Counted from the stretch's first letter, positions 41,381 to 62,906 are shown. The stretch: 64,000 nucleotides of DNA from Amoebidium appalachense (GCA_963693365.1 CAVNZM010000001.1:15114418-15178417); one strand, 5' to 3'. Made by a program: numbers and translations. Notes: generated by a model not told the origin, from the letters alone.

Positions 41381-42744
41381 CCATGTGTTCCCAAAACCCC
41401 CCCTTCCCCAACCCAGCCACCCACTTCTGTCCCAATCATCCATTCTTCCACCTCCCCATCAAAACTATCCGGGAATATCACGGCAACAAATTCATCTCAA
41501 AATTCCATCCTCGGGGTCATTTGTGCCCCCTTCGAGCATGCGAACCCGTACGTGAATTCGCACCAGTCCTGCTCATTGTACGCCTTGGTAAATATTTCCC
41601 CGCTGTGAAAATTCCAGTCTATTGCGGTAACAAACCGTGGGATAATCAAAATTCCGTCAACCCCGTATTCCTCCACCGTCGTAACTACCGCGTGGTGGGG
41701 TTTTCTTGGAACGAGCAACTCTTTCCGGGAATTATCTCCGCCGACATATCGAACCCCGGCTCCTTTTATGGCTTTTATGGTATCCAAGTTTCGTGGGCAG
41801 GCCAGGGGCATATCAGGCCAGTAAGGGTCCGGCTCGGGAAGCGGTGCACTTTTCGGGAAAAGCCCCGAAATGTGTGGGGTTTTAAGGTTTTTCGGTGTAT
41901 ATCTCTCTGTGTGTGTGTGTGTTGGGGGGGGGGGGGGGGGGGGGGTTGGGGTTCCGGGGGGGGGGGGGGGGGGACTGGTTAGAATGCGTTACAGAGTACA
42001 CGGGGGGGGGGGGGGGGGGGGGGGAGGCATCTGGGTGTATTGAAGAGAATGCCGGATAAGGATGGGGTGAGAGGGAGAGGTACGGGGGGGGGGGGGGGGG
42101 GGGGAGCCGTGTGGGGGGTTACTATCGCAACACATTCAATGAGGCATGAAGGGTTGAGGAACGGAGGGGGGGGGGGGAGGGGGGAATGGGGGGAAGGGGA
42201 GTAAGGGGTGACTTTGTTTTTTATTTTGTTCCACTTTTGTCACTGCTAAATGGAAGTAAAGGTGGCCCCCACCCGTTTCTCCGTTTCCCCCCTTCTCCTA
42301 CCCCCCCCCCCCCCCTCCCCCCTCCCCCTCCCCCCCCCTCCTCCCCCCCCCTTCCCCCCTCTCGACCTCCATTCTCTCCGTCCATTCTTCACCACCCCCA
42401 TCCTCCCCCTCCTTAATTGCCCCGGCCTCCCAAACACACATACACACAAAATCACCTTCAAACTTTATCCCAGTATCCTTCTATTTCATTTTGAACCTAT
42501 TTTTCACATGAACCTATTTTTCACAGTTGGCAGGCAAAACTCCTATCTTCACAACCAAAAAAAAAAAAAAAACCAACAAACAAAAAAAACATCTAGTGCA
42601 TGCAGGACGTCTCTCAACAGTCCCATCATCAGTGGTGTTCCTATGTATGCATCCACAAAGAGGGAGGGTTTGAGGCTTATGAATGGTGTGTGGTTGGGCA
42701 AGCCATGGCGTTCCTGCCACTCAAAGAACACAGGGAAGTATTTG

Positions 42745-42809
<65 letters not shown>

Positions 42810-43697
42810 TGTGCGCGCGCGCGCGCGCGCGTGCGTGTGTGTGTGTTTGGAGGGGGGGGGGGGGGGGGGGAGGGGGGGGAGGGGAAGGGGGGGATTCCTA
42901 ATTCTTTTTCTTTTCTTTGGTTTTTTTTTTGGGGGGGGGGGGGGGGGAGGGGGGGGGGGAGGAGGGGGGGTAGAGCACAAACCTCTTTCTTCAAAGCGCT
43001 ATTACACCCGAAAATCTGACAGGCAGGCGTTGGGCGGAAGGACGCATAAGCAGGCTTCGATGCCATGTCTGATTTACTGGCCGTCTTCCTGTCTGCGATC
43101 ATTCTATTTATAGAATGCTCCAGGTCGTTCCGAGCACGTGACTTTGGGCACGTGCTCGAATTTCCGCCGCATTCCGCCTTATCGAGCCAATCCATGTTCG
43201 TGTGCGTGAAAGTGTGGCTCACCCAGTTGAAATTTGATGAGAGCTTATTTATGGCTGCGTTCAGGCCTGCGTCCTCAGTGGGTTTCGCCGCGATCCACGC
43301 GCCGTTGAATGCACATTCGAACCGAATTTGGGACCCCGGTGAGAAATTAAGGCGGGAGGGGGCTTCGTTTTGTTAGGCCACTGCTGCTTCGATGTCGGTG
43401 CCCTTTTGCCTACGTGGAATGAAGTTGAGTTTTTAAGGGAGGGGGGAGGGGGGGTTGTTTGTGCCTTATCAAAGCTTTCTTTTCTTTTTTTTTCTTCTTC
43501 TTCCTTTCTGGGGCTTTTTTTAGGCCGGGGAAGAGGAGGAGGGGGTGTCCATTAGAGGGTGACATCCAAGAAAGCCAAGAAAAGTGTTCCACGCAAATAA
43601 AAAGCTAGGGGGGAAAATACACAGGAACAAATCAAAGCCCATCATCAGGGGGGTTCCACTGCCTCCTCCAAGGATAGGTTTCGACTCTTCAACCTGG

Positions 43698-43779
<82 letters not shown>

Positions 43780-44429
43780 GGGGGGGCGGAGGGGGGGGGG
43801 GGGGGGTTGGCATCGAGCTCTACCTGACAAGGGGTGCCTCACTTTCATTCTTGTATATGGATTTCCATACATGGGCGCGGGGCGGTAAATATCATCCGAT
43901 TGAGTGTGCACATTGCGCCCCAGAAACGGCCTGCAGGTAGCCCAAGTATGCCATAGATTTGCGGGCGCCAAATTTACTTGCGTAAATTCCTCCTCCTGAA
44001 CTTCATTTGGCATGTTGATATCGCAAATGTTCTCCCCATCGCAAGGCTCACTTGCTGCTGCGTTGAAAGCAAAGTGCATCTCCTCGCTTCCAAGGGGGGT
44101 TTTTGCAACAAACGCAGCCAAATCTCCGTTACTGGTGGGGGCTTTAGATGACGAAAATCTCAAAACCGGTGAAAGTGTCTTCGAATCCCCGTATGCCTTT
44201 GCAGGGTCTGCTCCACGAACAGAAAGGGATGTGTACCAGAATCCGGAATAATTTACGACATCGGAGATTTCTTGTGCAAAGGCACTGTTGTCGAAAACGA
44301 GGTTCGTACTCTGCGGTAGGTAGAGAAAGTTAATGGATATTAGGCAAGGAAAACAACAACAACAGGGAAGGAATCGGGTGTTGGCTGTGTAAGGAATCAT
44401 GTTATTTAACTTAGCGTGCATGCTTACGG

Positions 44430-44487
<58 letters not shown>

Positions 44488-44493
<6 letters not shown>

Positions 44494-44725
44494 GTGCATA
44501 TCGATTTACCAATATAATGCCATTCCCTCACTGAGACCTGTGCTGTGTGATTGGCTGCCTCCAATCACAACAATTTCCAACAAACAAACACCACCGATAA
44601 CTCTTTCTCTTCTCCACCCCGTTCTATCACCCACCACCCACCCACCCACACAGGGCATACGTGTCACATTAAACTGTTTGCCTGGGAGGACACCACATCA
44701 TCCAACATAACAAAACTGTGCCACC

Positions 44726-44727
<2 letters not shown>
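44488..44727 (+). repeat. Inverted dispersed copy of an ABCC intron end plus partial exon (homologous to 21244-21482) inside an intron of the Agd3-like gene
   Basis: Reverse complement of 21244-21482 aligns along its length with few differences (CATTCCCTCACTGAGACCTGTGCTGTGTGATTGGCTGCCTCCAATCAC...CAGGGCATACGTGT...GGGAGGACACCACATCATCCAACATAACAAAACTG). Flanked by (TG)n on both sides. Confidence 0.92.
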
Positions 44728-44768
<41 letters not shown>

Positions 44769-44774
44769 GTGTGC

Positions 44775-44843
<69 letters not shown>

Positions 44844-45295
44844 TATGTGTGCGCGCGTGTGTGATGTTGATGTGCAAAGGGGCTTGGGGGGGGGGGGGGG
44901 GTGAGGGGTGGGGGGTGGGGACAGGGGGGGGGGGGGGTGCAACATGAAAACTTTGAGGAGCCATGCAGCAAAACGGGTTTATTAACATGTAAGCGTTTGG
45001 TTACGGTGGAAAACAGAAGGAACATTGCATGCTGCATTCGTGAATTCAATGGTATAGCATTCTACTTAGTAATTAACACAATGCCCAACCACCTCTCCCC
45101 TCCCCTTCCTGCCCCCCCCCCCCCCCCCCTCCCCCCTCCCTGCATCCCCCCTCTTCCCCCCTCCCCCCTTCCCCCCCATTCTTTCTTCAAAATCCAGGAT
45201 AGGTAGGGTCTATTATAAATAAAAACTAAGATAGGGCCATCATGATCTTCATTTCAATTGGTCTTAATATTAGACACACCCTGTACGTGTTTGCG

Positions 45296-45359
<64 letters not shown>

Positions 45360-45424
45360 GAGTAAGTGGGTGCTTGCGTATGTGCGCCCACGCGCGTGTG
45401 CGTGCGCGTTTTTTTTTTTTTTTT

Positions 45425-45455
<31 letters not shown>

Positions 45456-45572
45456 GGGGGGAGGGGGGGGGAGGGGGGGGGGGGGGATAAGTGATTATCC
45501 GAACATATAGCCACAGCCATGACCGGTGCATGTGACTTCCGGTTGCACAGCTCTTATTTTTCCTTGTATGTT

Positions 45573-45626
<54 letters not shown>

Positions 45627-45727
45627 TGAGTGAGTGTGAGTGTGAGTGAGTGAATGAGTAAGTGAGTGAGTGTGTGAGTGTGTGTGTGTGTGTGTGTATG
45701 TGTGTGTGTGTTTTGTGTGTGTGTGTG

Positions 45728-45850
<123 letters not shown>

Positions 45851-45853
45851 AGA

Positions 45854-45956
<103 letters not shown>

Positions 45957-46541
45957 CGAGAGAGGGAGAAAGAGCGATAGAGGGAGAGCGAGAGGGAGAA
46001 CTAGTGCTCTAGTGAGAAATGAGGACAGGGAGAGGGGAATATAGAAGCCCATCTGACAAGTATTTATGGGGGTTTGGCGATACAAGCACTTTTGTTCTTC
46101 AAATACCGTTAGAAAACGTTCATTTCAAAATCTATTGGGTGACCACCCAATAGATCTTGAAATTCCGAGACACAGAAGTTTGTTTATGAATATCATGAAA
46201 GTGATGTGCAGTTTCACATACAGCTCAACGTCAACCTTCACAATATATATAAGACATCGGCCTACTAAATAGCCCCGACATACATAGAATTTTGATGTTA
46301 AACGTTGGACTATCACTGTGAGCCAATAAGGGCGGCTATTCTAAGTAGTCTCAACGAGTGCGCCCGTCCAGGCAAGGCCTCAGGAGAGAGAGAGAGAGAG
46401 GGAGAGAGAGGAGGAGAGAGAGAGAGAGAGGGAAAGGAGGGAGGGTTAGGATCTTTTGTGAGGAAGCAGGGCGAAGCTGGGCGTTCAAGCGGGAAAATGT
46501 GAAAGAGAGAAAGAGAGAGAGAGAGAGAGACGTGTGTGTGT

Positions 46542-46572
<31 letters not shown>

Positions 46573-47706
46573 GGAGGGTGGAGAGGGGGAAAAACAGGGA
46601 GGCGGGGCCGGGGGGGGGGGGGGGGGGGAAGGGAGGGGGGAGCAACCGGGGCACCTGAGCCCGAACGAGTCTTCTATTCCTATCAAGGCGCCGGCTCCTA
46701 ATACCGGAAAGGAATTACGCAACTAAGGAGGTCCTTTTAAACCTAGGCATCACAGTACATGTCTCTTGGAGGCCAGTACATACCTATTTTAAGGCAACGT
46801 GCAGATGAAAACCGTAAAGAAAAGGTTCAAAATAGGAAAATCATCTGTAATAAACGGGGGGCCGGGCGGCGAGAGGGGGTGGGAGGGGGGGGGTGGGGGG
46901 TGGGGAAGAGGTAGGGAAATACAGGGGTGAGAAGGAGCGGGTCCCCGGGGGTATATACTGGGAGCTGGCCCATGGGCCTAAGGCTTTACTAAGTAATACT
47001 GAAAGGGGGGTCGGGGCCTCCCCCTCCCCGAACCCATCCCTAGGCCTGCCTCCCGCCCCGCCCCCCCCCCCCCCCCCCCCCCCCCTCCCCCGTTCCCGCG
47101 TAACAGGCGGGATTATAAAATGTTCGTATCAACCTGCCGCCTCCTGCCGCCTCAGTGCCTTTCTATGCAGGAATTTGGGGAGGGACATCATATCTCCCCG
47201 CCTGCCACATGTACAGGGGAGGGGGGGAGAGATCCCTAGAGGCCACCTCCTCATTATTTAGACCCAACTAATGGAGGAGGGAGGATCCCGCTGCCTTCCA
47301 CTGACAGAGGCGGCCGGAACAGAGAACTTCTCAATGTTTCGCGGCGGCGGGAACACGGCGCTGAGCTCACCATCATGTGCCATGGCCAGATGGTCATCAT
47401 TGGCTCATTGGAGCACGCACACATTCCCCTCTTCGGAGGCCCCGGCCCTTATCATTATGATGAGGCCCGTAATACAAGTGGCTATTTTCCTGAAGGAAGA
47501 GTTTACGTGCATCATGCATATGACGCCAGACGGCAAAACGTCTGCCGCAAAAAGCCAGCTGGTACGTACATATGTGACAGGCTCCCGGCCATCGTTCAGG
47601 GTGGGAATTTCATCATTTTCATACCCTATTCGTCATCACATACCAATCTGTAAACAAACCGGCCCGATCGTCGCAGTTGATTGGCTAACGTTGGGTGTCC
47701 TCAGCT

Positions 47707-47714
47707 ATATAAAC
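47707..47714 (+). promoter_or_regulatory. TATA box upstream of the 47842 ORF
   Basis: TATATAAA about 130 bp upstream of an ATG in a CAACCAAC-ATG-G context; inverted CCAAT near 47680. Confidence 0.5.
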
Positions 47715-47841
47715 AGACCCTTGCGGCCATTCTCCGATCGACAAAGGAATAAATCGAACAAACGAACATCATTCTACCCACCTCTCTCTCTTCTCTCCTT
47801 CCTCTACCTACCCGATCATCAACTCATATTAAACAACCAAC

Positions 47842-48204
47842 ATGGGCGGCAGCAATAGCAAAAATGACTCCCCACAAAAGAAGAAGCCGTCTTATCTGAC
47901 GCGTCGGACCAGCGAATACGAACAGCCTGGGGCGTCGATATTATCGCCGCTCGATATCAATTCGCATGTGCACGTTTTGGCTGGGCACGTTGTTGATGCT
48001 CGCAGCGTGGCCGCGGCAGAATTCGAAGCCCCGAGGATTGGTGGCGGTACTGGTGGCGCGCAAGACGCACTGACGGGGCTGGCTGGCGCAGGGGTTTTGG
48101 TGGCGTTTGTGGCATTCATAGTGCTTGTGGCTGTGAGAAGGTCAAGGGTTAGAAAAGTGGATGAGGGCAGCGAAGAAACACCGGTGAGGGCGACACTGGT
48201 GTGA
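47842..48204 (+). CDS. Small single-pass membrane protein (120 aa), intronless, function unknown
   Basis: MGGSNSK myristoylation consensus. Hydrophobic segment GVLVAFVAFIVLVAV followed by RRSRVRK. C-terminal ATLV. Upstream TATA box and downstream AATAAA near 48283. Confidence 0.6.
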   Translation: MGGSNSKNDSPQKKKPSYLTRRTSEYEQPGASILSPLDINSHVHVLAGHVVDARSVAAAEFEAPRIGGGTGGAQDALTGLAGAGVLVAFVAFIVLVAVRRSRVRKVDEGSEETPVRATLV

Positions 48205-48569
48205 ATTCGAAGTCGTAAAACCTAACAATAACCATGTAAAACAAAAGGCAACGCGGCTAAAGCGAATCCATAGAAAAAATCCAATAAATTGAGATGTATG
48301 GTTGCTTTCGATTGCTTTATGAGCTCGGTTCCGGCTGTGATCCCACAGGGATCAGAGATCGTCGACAACACTTACATACAGCTACACACATCACTTTACA
48401 GGCTTACCACAACCTCGTTCTCATATCCTTACCAAAACCTCACCCCCTCCCCCCACCACCCGTGCGCAGGGGGGCATGCGTGTGTGCATGTACGTGCGTG
48501 TATATGTGTGTTTTGTGTGTGTATGTGTGTGCGGGTGTGTGAGTGAACATGTGCACGTGTGTTGTGTGC

Positions 48570-49789
48570 AAACAAGGCCCCGCAGGGCTTCAAAATACAG
48601 CACGTCGTCGGCTGTATGTTGGTGGCCGATGCCGTAGGTGGCCGGCTTCGCGCCAAGCCAGGCGCCGAGCCAATCAATTTGCTGGTCAGCGACCCCTGCA
48701 GCCTTGGCTGCGCCGACCATGCCATGACGGAGGCAGTGGAAGGTGACGGCGTTGGCTAACAGGGGCTCCACGCCGATAGCGCACAACTCGCACTGCATCC
48801 ACTCGGTCTGGTGGTTGACGTTACCGGTGGGGAGGATGCAGTGGGGGGCGCCGGGGGGACGGGGGGTGGCAGCCACTGCTGCCTGTAGGGCCGGGACACA
48901 GATGGTGGGCACCACTCGCGTGCGCACGACGGGGTCAGGCAACTTGCCCGCGCCTTGCTTGATTTTCCGCAGCCGTAGAGTGATGCGGTGGCCTTGTGGG
49001 TGCGGGCCTTCAAAAACCACGTCTTCTGCGAGCAGTTCGGTGACCGTGGTCCACCGCAGGCCCCAGAGGTAGGCCAACAGGAGAACTCCCAGGCGCCGCT
49101 GTGTGTCGGCGGTAGTCTGCGGCTGGTGGGTGAGGATGAGGGACACCCATTCGGCATCGAACCGCCGCGGGTCGGCCAGCTTGTCGGGGTTACGCTGCAT
49201 ATGGGTGCGGGTGTACCCCTGGGTGAGGGCGGACATGACCGATGGGGGAGGGTATGGGAGCCCCCAAAGTTCGTGTACTTTGCGCAGGGCAGAGAGCTTG
49301 CCGACCACCGCGCCCGGCTCGTAATTTCGCTCCATCAACTTGGCCACATACGCAGTGGCAACCGTGCCGGTGAGAGACCAAGGGGCGAAGGCGGACTCTT
49401 GACAAAACTGAAAGAATTTCCATCTGGTAGCGCTCCCAGGTGGTGGCGGCAAGGGTGTTGCTGATCAAAACATCCACATTTGCCCTGAGGGTCGGGGGCA
49501 TAGATTGGACCACAGCCGCACGCCACGCACCAAAGTCGCCGATGGGAGAAACATAAACACGCCCCGTCGCCGCGGGGTTTATATCCACAGTGGAAGGGGG
49601 CCCCGCAGCTGGGCCCCTCACACCACCTTCTTGACCGGGCAAAATAATCACCCCTTCAGGGGCACCGGGGGGCGGAGAAGTCGGCCTTGGCGGCTCCGGA
49701 TCCGCAGGTGCTGGGGAAGGGGCAGGTGCAGAAACGACCGGGACAGTGTCCTCTGCCGCGGTGGCGAAGTTCAAGGCCCAGAGGGGCAT
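48570..49789 (-). pseudogene. Tyrosine recombinase of DIRS/Ngaro/VIPER type, one frameshift near 49425
   Basis: SAM-like core-binding domain (LISNTLAATTWERYQ/WKFFQFC...AYVAKL...LSALRKVH) and a full catalytic set: R in YLWGLRW, K in LRKIKQ, HCLR, W in IDWLGAW, Y in PATYG. Confidence 0.85.
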
Positions 49790-49949
49790 TTTCCGCAGCG
49801 ACCTAACAAACAACAAATGGAAGAACGTGGAAACTCAACACGGTAGAACAGTGTAAATCAAAGTAAACGAAAATTTTGGGGAATATTGCTGCGCTATGGT
49901 ACAGTGCCCAGCGTACGCCGCTGGGAGAAGGAAGGCGAAGGGACCTCTA

Positions 49950-50683
49950 CTAGCGCGGAGCGCCGGTAGAGTGACTGCCACTTGGTGCCGTCCTGTTGGG
50001 GTTGGGGTACCCTCCGCGGCCGCCCTCGTGCGTGTAGGGGCCCGTGGGCCCGCCCTCGCTAGCTTGCTTGTGGGCCGATGCGCGAACCAGCTCGGATTCG
50101 CGCTCCTTCTGTTTGGCGTGCGCAACAGCCTTGGACCACTTGGCGCCGTACTTGGGGTTGTACGTCTTCTCAATTTGGGCGCGGGCGACCTCTGCAACTG
50201 CGTGGCCCTCCGCGCGCCGAATGTACAACAGCTGGAGTCTGTGGCCGCCGTAACTGATGAGGTCGACGACGAGCTCGCGGAGCAGGGTAAGCTGACGAGC
50301 CGCAAATCCGCCGACTCGTTGGCTAGCTTGGGTAGTGCAGCGACCAAATTGAGCGCCTGCACACCCGCGTTGACCAGCCCTATCCACTGTTCAGCCTCCT
50401 CCTTGATGGGCTTGGGGAGGTCTCCCCCAGGGAACAATCCGTCTGACGGCAAGGGCCGTGGGCCAAATGGAAACGCCCGTCAACCACAAAATGCTCGACG
50501 GCTTGCAGAGATGTGTGCGACTCCACGAACTCGCCGCGGGTGAGTCGTAGCACGTTTTGCTGCGGGTTCCAAGTTTGCCGAAGGCGCTCACACCGCTGCT
50601 CGTCCGACTCCTCCTTGTTGTTTATCAGCCGGAAGGAGCCTGCGAACCTCGGCGCTATACAGGTTGAAGGCAGCGTTCTCCAT
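49950..50683 (-). pseudogene. ORF1 (putative gag-like) of the YR element, about 240 codons across about 3 frameshifts
   Basis: MENAAFNLYSAEVRRLLP.../EESDEQRCERLRQTW.../PKPIKEEAEQWIGLVNAGVQALNLV.../LLRELVVDLISYGGHRLQLLYIRRAEG...GGRGGYPNPNR...*. Helical body with a G/R/P-rich tail. The gag assignment rests on position only. Confidence 0.5.
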
Positions 50684-51317
50684 GCTAGGCGAGGAATTAG
50701 GGTGACAAGTTCTGCCACCTACCGTAACTTACTTAGATCTAAGTGTGCAAAGGGGACTGCAACCTAAACCGAGCTCTCGCCAAAAACGTCGCATGAAGTG
50801 GGTGCGACGTTGGGAAATGAGCTAACGACTAGTAGGAGTTCGCTCCTTATATACCAACGGAGCTCACCCATTGGGCTATCATTGTTAGAAACACCATTTC
50901 AACCAATGATTGCCCTAGAATACACTCTAAATAGTGCTTGATGTTGATTCAGCTAATATTGTAAATGTTGACAGGCCGACAGGTCTATGACTCATCTAGA
51001 TATCCCATTCGTTTCTAAATAAATATTGGTGTGGAAAAAAAAACAACCGGTAACATGCCACATGCATCTATGACCGATTTTGTATGTGGAGCTCGATCAG
51101 AGTTTTGTTTTCTACTAAGTGTTGTGGACTTTTATGATGGTACTATGATAAAGGTCGTATGATACAGCCGAACTAACTTGGCCGTGATCAGTACTCTTAG
51201 TTGTGCCAAATACAATGTATAGAATTCGAAAGTAAAGCTACCAACTTCTGAATGCATTAAGCGCCTCGGTATAAATTTTTTGTTTTTCTTCGTACAACAG
51301 TACCCACTGTGTATATT

Positions 51318-51357
<40 letters not shown>

Positions 51358-51708
51358 CACACACACACACCGTGACATATTCGACCCACCAACACCTCCC
51401 ACCGTGGCTCCCCAGAAAAAGTGAGGGAGGGAAGGCAGGAGAGGTGGGGGCGGAGGGAAGAGAGGAAGGAGGGGGGAGAGGGGGGGGAGGGAGGGAGGGA
51501 GGGAGGGAGGGAGGGAGGGAGGGAGGGAGGGAGGGAGGGAAGGAGGGAGGGAGGGAGGGAGGGAGGGAGGGAGGGAGGGAGGGAGGGAGGGAGGGAGGGA
51601 GGGAGGGAGGGAGGGAGGGAGGAGAGAGAGAGAGAGAGATTGCGTGTGCGTGTGCATGTGTGTAAATGAAACGTTGGTACGTGTGTGTGCACGTGTGTTT
51701 GTCACAGT

Positions 51709-51748
<40 letters not shown>

Positions 51749-52442
51749 TATGTGTGTGCGCGCGGACGTTTGTGTGGGTGTGTGTGTGAGTGTGTGTGCG
51801 CGCGCATTTGTGTGTGTGTGTGTGTGTAACATGGTGTGTTCCCTTCTTCCGTTAGAAAACTTTAGTGTTTTTTTTATATATTATAGAGTCCAAGACATTT
51901 TGTCAACCATATTCCAGTTGCTCATTTGAATCAGAAATAAACCAGGGGGGGTTTACGCTGTTTACTGAGGCAAAGAAGGCTACATTCGTAAACTTGGTAC
52001 CATCCTTTAACATACATAACGCTATGTACATCAGTCTCACAGCCAACTGCCCAAAGCAAATGTATCCCCCTACCCCTCTTACACCATTCCCAAACACGCA
52101 CGGAAGCGCGGACGCAAGGACGTACGCATGCATGCATGCGCGCACACACATACCCCATACAGACAGAAAGGCACAAACACAAATTCAAATACGAATACCA
52201 CCACCACTAGCATCATCAAGATGCGCAGGAAGGCGAGGAGGGGGGGGGGGGGGGGGGGGGGGACCAAAAGAGGAAAATAACAACGGTGACACCCCCCCCC
52301 CCCCCCCAGACACACACACACAGGAAAAAAAAACAGAGAAGAAAAAAAAAAGAAAGTGAGGGAGAGCACAGCATTGAAACAGTTTCAATACGCCCGGCTG
52401 CCACCAGAATGCCGGTGGTGGTCGTATCCCTTGCTGAAGATT

Positions 52443-60263
<7,821 letters not shown>

Positions 60264-60639
60264 GGTTAGGTTTTCGCCCAAGTTCCCCCTCGTTGATGCT
60301 GCTGTTACTCTGCGAAGGCACGAGAGAATCTCTGTCGAAGCCCAGAAGCTTCTTATTCCGATTCTGCTGTCACCAGAGTGCACTTGTGTGCATGTGCATA
60401 TATATGCGCTATTAAACGGACTCCATAAAGAGAGTCATCTGTATGTATGAGAGTTTTGCAATAAGGTTTAGCTGCCCTGTTCAGAAAGCATCAGCGAATA
60501 TCCGGTGGAAAAAAAGTACCGGAGCCTCAGTGATTCGTGTATTAGCAGAGTATTCAGGTCAACACTACTTGAAAATCCAAACACAGTATACGTATGAGCA
60601 CAGTGAACGGCGGTGAAAGTGGGACTGAACTTCGGAAAA

Positions 60640-60910
60640 AAATGAAGGGATCACGTAATAGTGACGTCACAACAAGAAAGGCTGAACCTTTCGATTCGAA
60701 CCCACAAACGATTCGTAAGTGTGCGATTCGTTTGATCCGATTCGAAGTTTAGGAAAAAGCGCGGGCAAAAATAGCCAATCAGTGCGAAGCTGCTGATAAT
60801 GGTTGGCGCGCCGCGCAAACCACTGGAAGCAAAGCTGCCAAAGCAACGGTAACAGAAGTGAGAGGTAAAACGGAGGTTTAGAAAGCAAAACGCCAGCCAA
60901 TAGAAAAAAT
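60640..60910. promoter_or_regulatory. Probable divergent promoter region between Acinus and the downstream + strand gene
   Basis: Microsatellite-free and CpG-rich. Palindromic GTGACGTCAC (CRE-type, 60661-60670), four CGATTCG motifs (60690-60745), CCAAT elements near 60775, 60805 (inverted) and 60897. Confidence 0.5.
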
Positions 60911-61702
60911 ATCAGTGTAAAACAAACTATAGTTAAAAGGGGATAATATGACAGTAGGCGCAAGTAGTGGTTTGAATTAAAATAGGTATGCCCTCCACTG
61001 CGCGCAGCTCGATATCCGACTTAGGTACAGAACGAGACGGGAGTGTTCATTCCGCACAGAAGAAGGCAGGGAGACACGTAAAAATAGTGCGTTTCGCTTC
61101 GTAAGAGGAGTATAAGTCTTGCACACAGAACACACCAGTGTGTGAATTCTCTACGTCCGCTTGGTGGAGCCAACAGCGCGCGGGAAGATGTTGGGCACAG
61201 ATACACTGGACGCCGGAGCAGGCCCAGCAGTGGACACGGTGGGTATTCAGATGTCTTGTTTTCTGCACGTTTGCACCACATTCATTGTTGCCTTCGCTTG
61301 CTCTCTTCCGATCGTTTTGCCTACTTCTTTTCGTGATTCTCCGTGTTGGCTGGCTGGGTGTTTGTGGTTTTTCTGGTGGTGGAAAGTGGGCCTTGATTAT
61401 TGCGTTGGGGTGGAGAGTACGGGAGGAAAGGCATGGAAGGCGGAGGCGGTGCGACGAAAAGATAGAAATGTTCAACAAATCGTGCTTATACGTGGTACAT
61501 AGATCTGTATGCCCATTTAACGGAAGGCTCTCTAGGCAACTCAGCCTTTTTTTTTTTTTTTTAACCATGTTATGTCATCTCAACAAACGACCTCCTTGAG
61601 GTACTGCCTGCAGTTCTGTTCCTCAGATCCAGAAGAAACGAAGTGTGTGCGGTGTCAATAGTTGCTTTTTACCAATACGTCGCTAACGGGGGTTGGATGC
61701 AG

Positions 61703-62839
<1,137 letters not shown>

Positions 62840-62858
62840 GTGGGTTGTGTGTATTTGT

Positions 62859-62904
<46 letters not shown>

Positions 62905-62906
62905 GG

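Larger units (their letters stand above)
48570..50915 (-). mobile_element. Decayed tyrosine-recombinase element (DIRS-order-like YR): promoter, gag-like ORF1, YR; no RT/RNase H
   Basis: GC-rich, microsatellite-free block of about 2.3 kb. CCAAT (50874-50870) and TATATAA (50853-50847). ORF1 from ATG 50683 and YR from ATG 49789, both frameshifted. The 3' end runs into a (CA)n-like tract. Confidence 0.75.

Noticed and set aside
46130-46155. Perfect 12-bp palindrome ATCTATTGGGTG-AC-CACCCAATAGAT
   Set aside because: Real but isolated; no associated element or function can be supported from sequence alone.
47271-47858. 195-aa and 92-aa overlapping ORFs upstream of the 47842 gene
   Set aside because: No recognisable domain; the longer ORF runs through the TATA box and 5' UTR of the next gene; no RT motifs linking it to the YR element.
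49896-50543. 215-aa plus-strand ORF within the YR element
   Set aside because: Antisense shadow of GC-rich ORF1 with no independent motifs.
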